A stretch of 64,000 nucleotides of DNA from a virus: positions 1 through 64,000 of IMG/VR virus record IMGVR_UViG_3300034418_012856; one strand, given 5' to 3'. Each line of letters opens with the position of its first letter. Positions within the stretch are counted from its first letter, which is position 1. The position numbers were made by a program, and so were the translations under genes. Positions 37,976 through 46,587 of this stretch are shown here, in pieces. The notes under the pieces are model-generated. The model made no database searches. It saw nothing but the letters and a program-made list of their open reading frames with translations, and was not told the origin of the DNA.

Positions 37976-38458
37976 TTGAGGTACATTAAAACCATAAATG
38001 AATTTTTTGACGTTGGTGTTTTTGGAGACACCTACGGATATGGTGGGGCAAATGGTATATTCAAGGTTCAATATAAGCCTTATAAGGATCTTTCCGTTTC
38101 TGTTGGTCCTGATCCAAATGTAAAGAGGAATGTAAGAGGATCACAATTTCAGGTTGGTGATATTGTTATTGGACAGCCTGTAGATTCTGAGAAGAAAGTT
38201 GCTGGAATGATCGTTAGAGCTGAAAGAGCCCCTGACAACAAATCCTATAAGTATTTCGTTCAGGTTCACACTAAAGGAAAGGACACAGAGGAGGTATTAG
38301 AGCTTATCCCGGATTCGGTTGAATTCGTTGACAATGGCGATAAAGGGCATAAGCAAATTATCTCTCACTTTAAGCTGGATACCATGCCGGGTGGGGTTTA
38401 CAATTCTCCTACTGTTTACAACAACACAAAACTTGGCATCGAGGCTATAGGAAGTTAG
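37976..38458 (+). CDS. probable internal head protein with KOW/SH3-like domain
   Basis: N-terminal MRYIKTINE; FQVGDIVIG; TTG start. Confidence 0.5.
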   Translation: MRYIKTINEFFDVGVFGDTYGYGGANGIFKVQYKPYKDLSVSVGPDPNVKRNVRGSQFQVGDIVIGQPVDSEKKVAGMIVRAERAPDNKSYKYFVQVHTKGKDTEEVLELIPDSVEFVDNGDKGHKQIISHFKLDTMPGGVYNSPTVYNNTKLGIEAIGS

Positions 38459-38485
38459 AAACTTTCATTCTTTTTACTGCTAAGA
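38458..38485 (+). promoter_or_regulatory. putative ECF-type phage promoter GAAACT-N16-CTAAGA
   Basis: Upstream of the UvsE-like gene. Confidence 0.5.
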
Positions 38486-38489
38486 TGTA

Positions 38490-39371
38490 TTGATGATTCT
38501 AAGCAGGAACTTAAACAAAATAGGCTACATTAACAGGGAGATACCTCAATCCCTGGAAGGTGTTTCGCAGTTCCTATCTTTGATCCTAGATAACCTAAAA
38601 CTTGATAGTGATAGAGGTATTCCTGTATCGTGCTTTGAGGTTCCTCAGGGATTCCAAGTTTTGGATTTTTCATCTATTGAAGAAGGGTCTGACGAGTCCT
38701 CTAAGGTGTGGGAGATTTTCCAATTCCTTAAAAGTAGTAAGCAAAGGATTTTCTTTTACTTGCCTAATTACTATTTCTTAGGTAGCCAAATACCAGAAGT
38801 GGTTGAAACTACCAGAGGAATGATTTCATCCCTTTGCTCTTTTTTGGAGCAGGTTGGTGTCAGGGAAACCTCGGTTGTTATTAGAATTGGTAGTGCTTAT
38901 GGTGCAAGAAAAGCTACCATGGATAGATTTTGTAGCGAGATTAGATCCTTCGATAAAACAACAATTGCAAAGCTTTCTGTTTGTAATGATGAAAAACCAA
39001 GTCTCTTCTCGGTAACAGACCTTTTAAGTGGAGTCTTCTATCAGGTTGGAATACCTATCGCCTTTAGATTTCTACCGCATCAGTTTAATAATGGTGGACT
39101 TTCGGTTAGGGAAGCTTATTTTCTTGCTGTCTCGACGTGGGATAAAAACCAAGTCCCCGTTTTCTTTCACTCAGAGTCCGAAGAAGTTGATGAGAATGGT
39201 TACTCATTATCACCTTCACCCTCGTTAAAACTGAGACACCGAATACCCACTTTTGGACTTGAGATTGATGTTATCTTGGATTCTTCTGACGGCCTTTCCA
39301 CTTGTGCAAATTACCTAGGTAATTATCTTTCCCTTAAGCCTATGGTAATTAATAAAGTTAGTAAGAAATAA
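38490..39371 (+). CDS. UV-damage endonuclease UvsE-like protein, apparently degenerate
   Basis: IRIGSAYG.RKATMDRF, LSVCNDEKPSLFSV.DL, GIPIAF, A.STW, FHSES follow the UvsE layout but metal ligands are altered. Confidence 0.65.
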   Translation: MMILSRNLNKIGYINREIPQSLEGVSQFLSLILDNLKLDSDRGIPVSCFEVPQGFQVLDFSSIEEGSDESSKVWEIFQFLKSSKQRIFFYLPNYYFLGSQIPEVVETTRGMISSLCSFLEQVGVRETSVVIRIGSAYGARKATMDRFCSEIRSFDKTTIAKLSVCNDEKPSLFSVTDLLSGVFYQVGIPIAFRFLPHQFNNGGLSVREAYFLAVSTWDKNQVPVFFHSESEEVDENGYSLSPSPSLKLRHRIPTFGLEIDVILDSSDGLSTCANYLGNYLSLKPMVINKVSKK

Positions 39372-39394
39372 TTTTTATTAGCGTTTGTTTTCCT

Positions 39395-39402
39395 TAGTTT
39401 TG
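39395..39402 (+). promoter_or_regulatory. Bacteroidota-type -7 element TAnnTTTG (TAGTTTTG)
   Basis: Intergenic, upstream of the Nei-like glycosylase. Confidence 0.5.
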
Positions 39403-39416
39403 TGTAAAACAAGAAT

Positions 39417-40196
39417 ATGCCTGAGTTAGCGGAGCTTAAACTTACTTCTGATTTTGTCAATGGAGTTGTAAAGGATAAGGTGTTTACACACATATCTAAA
39501 AATCCAGAGCACAAATGGATTGAGGTTGATTTTGGTGAACCCTTTGCTTTGAGGTCTTTCAGCAGGGGTAAAGAGATTAAACTGGTTCTTGAATCTGCAG
39601 AAACTGACAAGGTCGATAATCTTATGATGACCATGGGCATGGGAGGTCATTTCCAATGGGCTTCTCGAGGGGAGACTATAAAACATACCCACCTTTTCTT
39701 TCACTGTAATGACGGTGGACATTTGGCCTTTGTTGATGTGAGGAGATTTGGTAAATGGAAGTGGGGAGATTGGAATAAAGATAGAGGTCCAGATCCAACC
39801 ACCGAATATTTCCTTTTCTGTAATAACATTTTACAAAATCTGCACAAAAGAGCCTTTGATAAACCCATATATGAGGTGCTAATGAACCAGAGGTACTTCA
39901 ATGGAATTGGAAATTATCTGAGAGCAGAGATTTTAATCAGAATTCCTGATGAGGATCCTTTCCAATCTGCCAGAGAATTTATCAGTAAAAGGAAATGGGA
40001 ACTATTTGAATTGTGTAAGGATATACCAATTCTTGTTTATGAAATAGGAGGGGGGACACTAAAAGATTGGAAGAATCCCTTTGGTGAAGTATCCTCAGTT
40101 CGGGCCTTTATGAAGTGTTACGGAAATCCAGTGATGGAAAAAATAGAAGATCGTGGCGGAAGAATGTTCTGGTACGACCCAAAATGGAAAAATTAA
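39417..40196 (+). CDS. nei: Fpg/Nei DNA glycosylase/AP lyase, zincless-finger (NEIL1-like)
   Basis: N-terminal PEL, RGKE, MGMGG, FVDVRRFG, H2TH NQRYFNGIGNYLRAEIL, DRGGRMFWY without a Cys4 finger. Confidence 0.88.
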   Translation: MPELAELKLTSDFVNGVVKDKVFTHISKNPEHKWIEVDFGEPFALRSFSRGKEIKLVLESAETDKVDNLMMTMGMGGHFQWASRGETIKHTHLFFHCNDGGHLAFVDVRRFGKWKWGDWNKDRGPDPTTEYFLFCNNILQNLHKRAFDKPIYEVLMNQRYFNGIGNYLRAEILIRIPDEDPFQSAREFISKRKWELFELCKDIPILVYEIGGGTLKDWKNPFGEVSSVRAFMKCYGNPVMEKIEDRGGRMFWYDPKWKN

Positions 40197-40200
40197 AAAT

Positions 40201-40908
40201 ATGGTAGATAAAAGAATTTTAGAAAATTGTCTCTTCCTTGACGTTGAAACAGCTACGGGATACAGATCCTTTGAAGATCTGGAGACTGAAAATCCAAGAC
40301 TAGCAGATCTTTGGTCAAAAAGAGCAAAGTACTACAGAACAGTATATGAAGACATGAATGGTCTTTCGGATTCTGAGATCTATAAGGAAAAAGCTACACT
40401 CGAACCTGAATTTTCTAGAGTTGTATGTGTATCCTTTGGTGTACTACAAGAAAGTGGACAAGTGAGAATGACCTCTTTTTATGGAGACGATGAGGAAGAA
40501 ATATTAACCAAGTGTGCTAAGGTCTTTAATAATGCACACGTAAAGAGTATGAAGCTTGCTGGTCATAATATTAAGGGATTTGATATTCCATGCTTGGGTA
40601 AAAGCATGATCTATAAGTTAAGCTCACCAGAATTACCTCCAAATTTGGTTATCTGGGATAAGAAACCTTGGGAAATACCTTACCTAGATACCTCCGAGGT
40701 TTTTTCTTTTGGTAGCTGGTCTCACCAAAAATATCTTTCTCTTGACCTATTAGCATGCTCGCTTGGTATCCAGTCTCCTAAGGATGATATGGATGGATCG
40801 AAAGTGAGTGAATACTTTTGGTCAACCGGAGATTGCGAGAAAATTAAAGAGTACTGTGAGAGAGACGTACAAACGGTAATTGATGTTTTGCTAAAGGTGG
40901 CTAAATAA
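40201..40908 (+). CDS. DEDD 3'-5' exonuclease (PolB-related, stand-alone)
   Basis: FLDVET, GHNIKGFDIP, KPWE..LDT, SPKDDMDGSKV, YCERDV. Confidence 0.85.
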   Translation: MVDKRILENCLFLDVETATGYRSFEDLETENPRLADLWSKRAKYYRTVYEDMNGLSDSEIYKEKATLEPEFSRVVCVSFGVLQESGQVRMTSFYGDDEEEILTKCAKVFNNAHVKSMKLAGHNIKGFDIPCLGKSMIYKLSSPELPPNLVIWDKKPWEIPYLDTSEVFSFGSWSHQKYLSLDLLACSLGIQSPKDDMDGSKVSEYFWSTGDCEKIKEYCERDVQTVIDVLLKVAK

Positions 40909-40944
40909 GATTTCCCTTTATTTAAATCCTCCTGGGATTGTTTG

Positions 40945-40952
40945 GATATATA
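40945..40952 (+). promoter_or_regulatory. putative late promoter GATATATA
   Basis: Intergenic, upstream of 40975. Confidence 0.65.
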
Positions 40953-40974
40953 AGATTCAAATAATCCCTTTTTT

Positions 40975-41766
40975 GTGAGCGTAGTTAAAGGCTTTAGTGA
41001 TTTTGTTCTAAACGAAGACAAGGTAGGTTCCTTTTATAACGATGAGCTTAATCCCAAGTTTTGGGATAAGTACAAAACTAAAGACGGAAAGGAAGAATGG
41101 GTATTTGATAGAATAGTAAGGAAAAAACTTCTTAAGATTGCTGAAGACTTCTATGAAAAGTATGAGGATCTTCTGGGAGATCTCCCTATATCAGATATAC
41201 AGCTCACTGGATCCTTAGCTAATTTTAACTACACCGATAAATCGGACCTTGATGTACACGTCTTGGTAGATTTTAATAAGATAAAATCCAAAAGGGATAT
41301 TGTTAAAGCTGCAGTGGATGGAGTAAGGTTCGTTTGGAACCTCAGACATGATGTTATCATTAGAGGCCATGACGTAGAACTTTATCTTCAGGATGTTCAC
41401 GAACCACATACAGCTTCTGGTTTATATTCTCTTATGGATGATAAGTGGATACGTAAACCAAAGTTTGATCCACCAGAAGTTGACGAGCATGATGTTAGGA
41501 AGAAGTTCGATGGATTTGCTTCTGAAATCAACCAAATGGAATCTAAACTTGTTACATCCTCTGCTTTGCCTGACAATGCAAAAGAGATGTACAAGCGTCT
41601 CTTGAGGATCAAGGAGAAGATTCAAAAGATGAGAAAAGATGATCTTGCCAAGGATGGTGAGTTCTCTGTGGGTAACCTAGCCTTTAAAATGCTCAGGAAT
41701 GAGGGATATATAGGTAAAATAATAGATCTTATTTCTAAAGCTTACTCTAGGATCTATTCAGAATAA
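40975..41766 (+). CDS. Pol-beta superfamily nucleotidyltransferase
   Basis: LTGSLANFNY...SDLDVHV (hGS..DxD) and third acidic residue in DVELY. Confidence 0.8.
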   Translation: MSVVKGFSDFVLNEDKVGSFYNDELNPKFWDKYKTKDGKEEWVFDRIVRKKLLKIAEDFYEKYEDLLGDLPISDIQLTGSLANFNYTDKSDLDVHVLVDFNKIKSKRDIVKAAVDGVRFVWNLRHDVIIRGHDVELYLQDVHEPHTASGLYSLMDDKWIRKPKFDPPEVDEHDVRKKFDGFASEINQMESKLVTSSALPDNAKEMYKRLLRIKEKIQKMRKDDLAKDGEFSVGNLAFKMLRNEGYIGKIIDLISKAYSRIYSE

Positions 41767-41780
41767 TAAAAAGAAAGACA

Positions 41781-44492
41781 ATGTTATTAGTATTCAGAAA
41801 AGGGTTGGAATATGATGGTAGCATGAACGGCGAACCGTCGGACAAAGAAGCCAATATATTTCCACTAATGTCTTTGCCTCTAGATATGGAGGGAGAAGAA
41901 ACGGATTTAAATGATTTCCAGTGGTGGGCATATTCCGATAAATGGAAAGAGTGGCTAGAAGATAATCCTAGAGAATGGCAAGCAGAATCCAAAACGTCAG
42001 ACTTTGATAAAGCTGAAGCTGTTCTTGAAAACATGGTTACCTCTAAGGGTGCTATTTCTGAATATGTCTCAAGTCAAGCTAAAAATATTTGGAACAACGG
42101 TAAAGTATCTTCTTTCAGCGATTATGTAAAGCTTTTGGAAGCTGAAGATGAATCCGGATCTTCCGAATCATTCAAGAAATTTGTAAAGTTAGGGTTTGCT
42201 CTTGAAAAACTTGCTAAAGACGGCAAATTGAAAGACAAACTAAAAATAGAAGATCTTGAGGAAGACAAGGAATATTCCATTGTTATAGATCCTATGAACG
42301 AGGCTGGCGAACCCATACAGGAAGCCAGGCAAGCTATTAGAATTAAAAAGCTGGACGAATCAGCAGGTTTTATCCTTGCTAATTTCGATTATAGTATTCC
42401 GGTAGGTAAAGTTAAGGATACTGAAAACTTTCTTGATAAGGTTTCTGATTTTGCAAAAGATGTTGCTATAGCAGGTGCAGGATTTGCAGGCCTTTATGCT
42501 GTTGCTTACGTCGGCGGCGGTCTGTTATCATCTTGGGTTCTAATGAAGTCAGCTCGTGGAATTTATAGAACCTTCTCAAGGGGTAGAAGAATATATGGTG
42601 CAGTTCAAGCAGCAAGAGGTTCTAGTAGTGCTATTAGAGGTGGATTTGCAACTGTAAAAAACTTTGCAACTAGAGCCTTTGGTAGAAGAGCAGCTCAAGG
42701 AGCTTTAACTAATGCCGCAAGAATAACTTTACCCTCTGGTGCTTTTGTCGAGGGTGGACTTGCTTACTCAACAAGAGCTACTGGTAATGTTCTTCTAAAA
42801 GGAGCAGCAGAGCAATCGGTTAAAGCTGCAGCATCAAGAGCAGTTGCACAAGGTGGTGCCCGTGCAGCAACCGCTATCGGGGCAAGAGCAGCAGCCGGTG
42901 CAGGAGCAGGTGCTCTTGCTGCAGAAGCATCTAATCCTGTAGGATGGATAATGTTAGCAGTTCAAGCTGTAGGTTCTGGAATAAATCAGATTTGGAATTG
43001 GTACAGCGATAAGCAGGCACCTAGATATAGTGAGGTTGAAGATTTTGCTTATGGTACATTTAAGCCTAAAAATATTCCTATCGGAAAATCAATCACTGTT
43101 TGTTGGACAAGCGATGGAGGAGCAGGCTGGGGTGAATACATCTTGGATATAATAACAATGAGCAAGGATGACACAAGGACTACTATGGAGATAGTTAAGA
43201 TTGGTGAACTTGAAGGTAGATCTATTTTCATGGTTTTGCAGATCAATTCGGAAATGTTCCAGAAAGCTTTGCAAGATAACGATCTAATGCTTATGTCATT
43301 TAGCAATAGTGATGTATTTGAAAGGGGATATCTAGATAATGATGATTTGGAGTTCCAAACAATCCTTATACCAGATATTACTGAGCTTACAATCGCTACT
43401 TCATTTGTTGGTTACTCAACCTGGGACGAAATGGAGGAGGCTTATAATAAAGCCCCAGACAATCCAGTATATGTTCCAAAGGATGCTAAGAAAACTTACG
43501 AATTCCATTATGTGGATTCTGAGGGCAGGGATGTAAACGTAACCGGTACACTAGTTAGTGAAAGTGAACTTGAAGGAAGTGTATTGAAAGAGCTTATACC
43601 TGGTGAAGCGGATGTTGTTGAAGAATCTTTTGACGGTGCAAGAGAATTTGAGGATCTCTTAAACGAAAGTAAAGTGGTTTCATTCTCTGATTTTTCTATG
43701 AGAACCTCTAATTTAATAAAAGAGGAAGAAAACGAAGATCCTGCACAAGCAGAAGAAAAACCAGCAGAACAGACAGAAGAAACCCCAACTGAAGATGAAA
43801 ACAAGGAACTTGAAGGATATGAGGCTGAACTTGATGATGTAATCAATTCTGGAGTTGGCTTAAAGAAAACAACATATTCTAGAATTCCAATTGTTTCTTA
43901 TGCGGTAAATACAATCAGTTTTGTAGATCCTAATATCAATGAATCCCCTGGGGAATTTTCATACTTCTTAGTTGGTGATCAAAGTGTAGATCCCAAACCA
44001 AACCAACCTATTTTGGTAGAGTCTGCTTCTGATGATCTAATCGGAGAACCAAGATTCGGTTTGAAAAAATACGTACCACCCACTGAGGAAGATGATGAAG
44101 GTACTATTGTAGAACCAGACGAGGAAGTAATTGATATAGAAGATGTTGATAAAAAGAGAACTAAAATTTCTACAGATCGTGCTGATGTGCAGATAAAAAG
44201 TGGTTCTAGATCACTCTCTATTAAAGATCGTGATATAGAAGGTGGAATAAGTATCCTTGCCGAGTTTGGGACTGATGACCTTAAGAGAAAGCTTAATATC
44301 GAAGACTGGGAAGAAATTTCTAGCGTCAAGGTTAGAGAAAATAGTGATGGTGAGCCAATCAAAGTAGTACTTAAGAATAGGTTTGCAAAAATGGGTGATA
44401 GAAGAAGGGTTCTTAGAAAAGGAGAACAAGGATTCAACACTGCACTGAAATTTGCTAACTCAGTTGAGGATGGTATATCTTTCTCTGGATAA
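41781..44492 (+). CDS. large probable virion/ejection protein with Ala/Gly-rich hydrophobic core
   Basis: Acidic flanks; central A/G/R-rich region bounded by two TM-like segments (IAGAGFAGLYAVAYVGGGLL; SNPVGWIMLAVQAVG). Confidence 0.5.
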   Translation: MLLVFRKGLEYDGSMNGEPSDKEANIFPLMSLPLDMEGEETDLNDFQWWAYSDKWKEWLEDNPREWQAESKTSDFDKAEAVLENMVTSKGAISEYVSSQAKNIWNNGKVSSFSDYVKLLEAEDESGSSESFKKFVKLGFALEKLAKDGKLKDKLKIEDLEEDKEYSIVIDPMNEAGEPIQEARQAIRIKKLDESAGFILANFDYSIPVGKVKDTENFLDKVSDFAKDVAIAGAGFAGLYAVAYVGGGLLSSWVLMKSARGIYRTFSRGRRIYGAVQAARGSSSAIRGGFATVKNFATRAFGRRAAQGALTNAARITLPSGAFVEGGLAYSTRATGNVLLKGAAEQSVKAAASRAVAQGGARAATAIGARAAAGAGAGALAAEASNPVGWIMLAVQAVGSGINQIWNWYSDKQAPRYSEVEDFAYGTFKPKNIPIGKSITVCWTSDGGAGWGEYILDIITMSKDDTRTTMEIVKIGELEGRSIFMVLQINSEMFQKALQDNDLMLMSFSNSDVFERGYLDNDDLEFQTILIPDITELTIATSFVGYSTWDEMEEAYNKAPDNPVYVPKDAKKTYEFHYVDSEGRDVNVTGTLVSESELEGSVLKELIPGEADVVEESFDGAREFEDLLNESKVVSFSDFSMRTSNLIKEEENEDPAQAEEKPAEQTEETPTEDENKELEGYEAELDDVINSGVGLKKTTYSRIPIVSYAVNTISFVDPNINESPGEFSYFLVGDQSVDPKPNQPILVESASDDLIGEPRFGLKKYVPPTEEDDEGTIVEPDEEVIDIEDVDKKRTKISTDRADVQIKSGSRSLSIKDRDIEGGISILAEFGTDDLKRKLNIEDWEEISSVKVRENSDGEPIKVVLKNRFAKMGDRRRVLRKGEQGFNTALKFANSVEDGISFSG

Positions 44493-44523
44493 AAAAACGT
44501 CAATTTTTCTGAGAAAGAAAATC

Positions 44524-44531
44524 GATATATA
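44524..44531 (+). promoter_or_regulatory. putative late promoter GATATATA
   Basis: Upstream of the protease-capsid operon. Confidence 0.7.
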
Positions 44532-44557
44532 AAGTTAAATAATAGTAAAGTCAAGAA

Positions 44558-46564
44558 ATGAACGAGTCTTTATTGAATGAAAACCTCCTTTTTATTCTTG
44601 AAAAACAAGATAATAATCTTGATGTTTCAAAGGATGGTGCTGAAAATGGCTATGTACTGAAAGGTATAGCAGCTCAATTTGGCAAGGAGAACAATAACAA
44701 TAGAATATACGAGGAAGGTGAATACCTGCCTCACCTTGAATATCTAAAGGATAAGATAGGACAGAAGAGATTGGTTGGTGAATTAGATCACCCCGAAAAA
44801 TTCGATGTCTCTCTTAAAAACATTTCTCACGTTGTTGAGGATCTAGTTTATGATAAAGACGGAAGAGTATTAAACATTAAAGTTCGTTTGCTTGACACTC
44901 CAGCAGGACAAATTGCTAAAAAGCTTGTTGATGCTGGTATACCTCTTTCTATTTCATCTAGAGCAGCTGGAAATGTTGGTCCGGATAAGAAAGTCCAGAT
45001 CAAAAAAATCTTTACATATGATCTAGTAGCTGATCCTGGTTTTCAGGACGCACAGCTCGAGAGGGTTTACGAAAGCGCTGGTTTTGATGCTTTTGAATTT
45101 GAAGAAAGATCAAAAAAGTCTGTAGTAAACAACTTAGAGTGTGTAAACGAATCGCTAGGGCTAGAAAATGAATCTAGTGTAAAGATATATAAAGTTGAAA
45201 ATAGCGAAGAATTCGAAAAAATCCTTAATCAAGACAAAAATAAATCCAACATTATGGAGGCCAACAAAGAATATGTTACTGCTGACGAGCTTAACAAGTA
45301 TTCTATCTTTTTGAAAAATAAGATGGATGAGCTGGAAACGCAGATTTCTGAAATGAAACAACAAGAAGCTCAGGTATCTGAGAGTGAAACTGACAGTGTA
45401 GACTGTAAAGCTCTGGAAGAAAGAGTTGCTAAACTTGAAAAGTATTCAGAATATCTTGCTGAAAACCTAGAGAGTGCTATTAAGTACGGTGAGTACCTAG
45501 CAGAAAATCTAGATAGCAGCATTACTTATTCGAAGTATTTAGCTGAAAACCTAGATAAGACTATTTCTTATTCTAAGTATTTGGCTGAAAATGTTGATAA
45601 GGGTATTTCATATTCAGAGTACGTGGCTGAAAATGTTGATAAGGCAATCGATTATTCTAAGTATCTTGCTGAAAAGCTAGATGATGGAATTCAATACACA
45701 GAGTATGTTGCTGAGAATCTTGATAAGAACATCGCTTATTCAGAATATCTAGCAGAGAATGTTGATAAGAACATTGCTTACTCTGAATATTTGGCTGAGA
45801 ATCTTGATAAAGGAATTTCTTATTCTGAATACCTTGCAGAAAACCTTGATAAAGGTATTGCTTATTCTGAGTACATCGCAGAAAAGCTTGATCAAGGTAT
45901 CAACTATACAGAGTACCTTGCAGAAAACCTAAACAAAGGAATTGCTTACTCTGACTATTTGGCTGAAAAGCTAAATGGAAACATAGCTCAAACTGAAGCT
46001 ATTCACGAAAGTGCTAAAACTCAAGTTTCTCCTTCTCTAAATGAGAACGCAAGAGAAACTGCTGAAAGCGCTTCACAAACTGAATTGGTCGAATCAGGAT
46101 TTGCTGGAGATTACGAAAATCTCGGAAGCAAGATTGATTCTCTAATTGAATCGGTCAAGACACAAAAGACTGAGGAAAACATAAACGAGGCTAATACGAA
46201 AGTACAGCCAACTGCTCAAACACAAAAAGCAGATGAGGCAATCAACGAAGCCGAAGAAACTGTGGTAGAATCATCAGGTCACAAATTTATTGATGAAATG
46301 CCAGAAGATTATGCTCCGATTTGGGAGTCACTAAATGAAAGTCAAAAGCAATCAATCATTGCACAATCAGCTTTCTATAATTTAGAGACAAACTATCAGA
46401 TCAAGAATTTCTGGTCAACTCGTCAGCTTGGTGCTAAGCCAGTAGGTTTACAGAAACTTCAAGAAAGCCAAGAAACACCAGAGCCTAAGACGGCTTCAAA
46501 CCCCCAGGGGTACTCAAATGATTACCTTAATTGGGTCGCTAAGTCGCTCGAAGGTAAGTTTTAA
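44558..46564 (+). CDS. prohead protease (gp21-like) fused to a scaffold-like repeat region
   Basis: ENNNNRIY, GELDHP, SHVV, LLDTPAG, ISSRAAG, YDLVADPGF; long coiled-coil C-terminus; immediately precedes the major capsid gene. Confidence 0.88.
   Translation: MNESLLNENLLFILEKQDNNLDVSKDGAENGYVLKGIAAQFGKENNNNRIYEEGEYLPHLEYLKDKIGQKRLVGELDHPEKFDVSLKNISHVVEDLVYDKDGRVLNIKVRLLDTPAGQIAKKLVDAGIPLSISSRAAGNVGPDKKVQIKKIFTYDLVADPGFQDAQLERVYESAGFDAFEFEERSKKSVVNNLECVNESLGLENESSVKIYKVENSEEFEKILNQDKNKSNIMEANKEYVTADELNKYSIFLKNKMDELETQISEMKQQEAQVSESETDSVDCKALEERVAKLEKYSEYLAENLESAIKYGEYLAENLDSSITYSKYLAENLDKTISYSKYLAENVDKGISYSEYVAENVDKAIDYSKYLAEKLDDGIQYTEYVAENLDKNIAYSEYLAENVDKNIAYSEYLAENLDKGISYSEYLAENLDKGIAYSEYIAEKLDQGINYTEYLAENLNKGIAYSDYLAEKLNGNIAQTEAIHESAKTQVSPSLNENARETAESASQTELVESGFAGDYENLGSKIDSLIESVKTQKTEENINEANTKVQPTAQTQKADEAINEAEETVVESSGHKFIDEMPEDYAPIWESLNESQKQSIIAQSAFYNLETNYQIKNFWSTRQLGAKPVGLQKLQESQETPEPKTASNPQGYSNDYLNWVAKSLEGKF
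45434..45979 (+). repeat. 13 x 42-bp (14 aa) coding tandem repeat
   Basis: Unit xIxY(S/T)(E/K)Y(L/V/I)AE(N/K)(L/V)Dx, codon-degenerate at the DNA level. Confidence 0.92.
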
Positions 46565-46587
46565 AATCTAAAAAATATCTAAAAAAG

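Noticed and set aside
43979-44554. 191-aa minus-strand ORF and the many other short antisense ORFs
   Set aside because: They are shadows of long + strand genes, with Ser/Leu/Phe-rich mirror composition and no motifs
45434-45979. Regular 42-bp periodicity as a possible CRISPR array
   Set aside because: No unique spacers; variation is concentrated at synonymous positions, so it is a coding repeat
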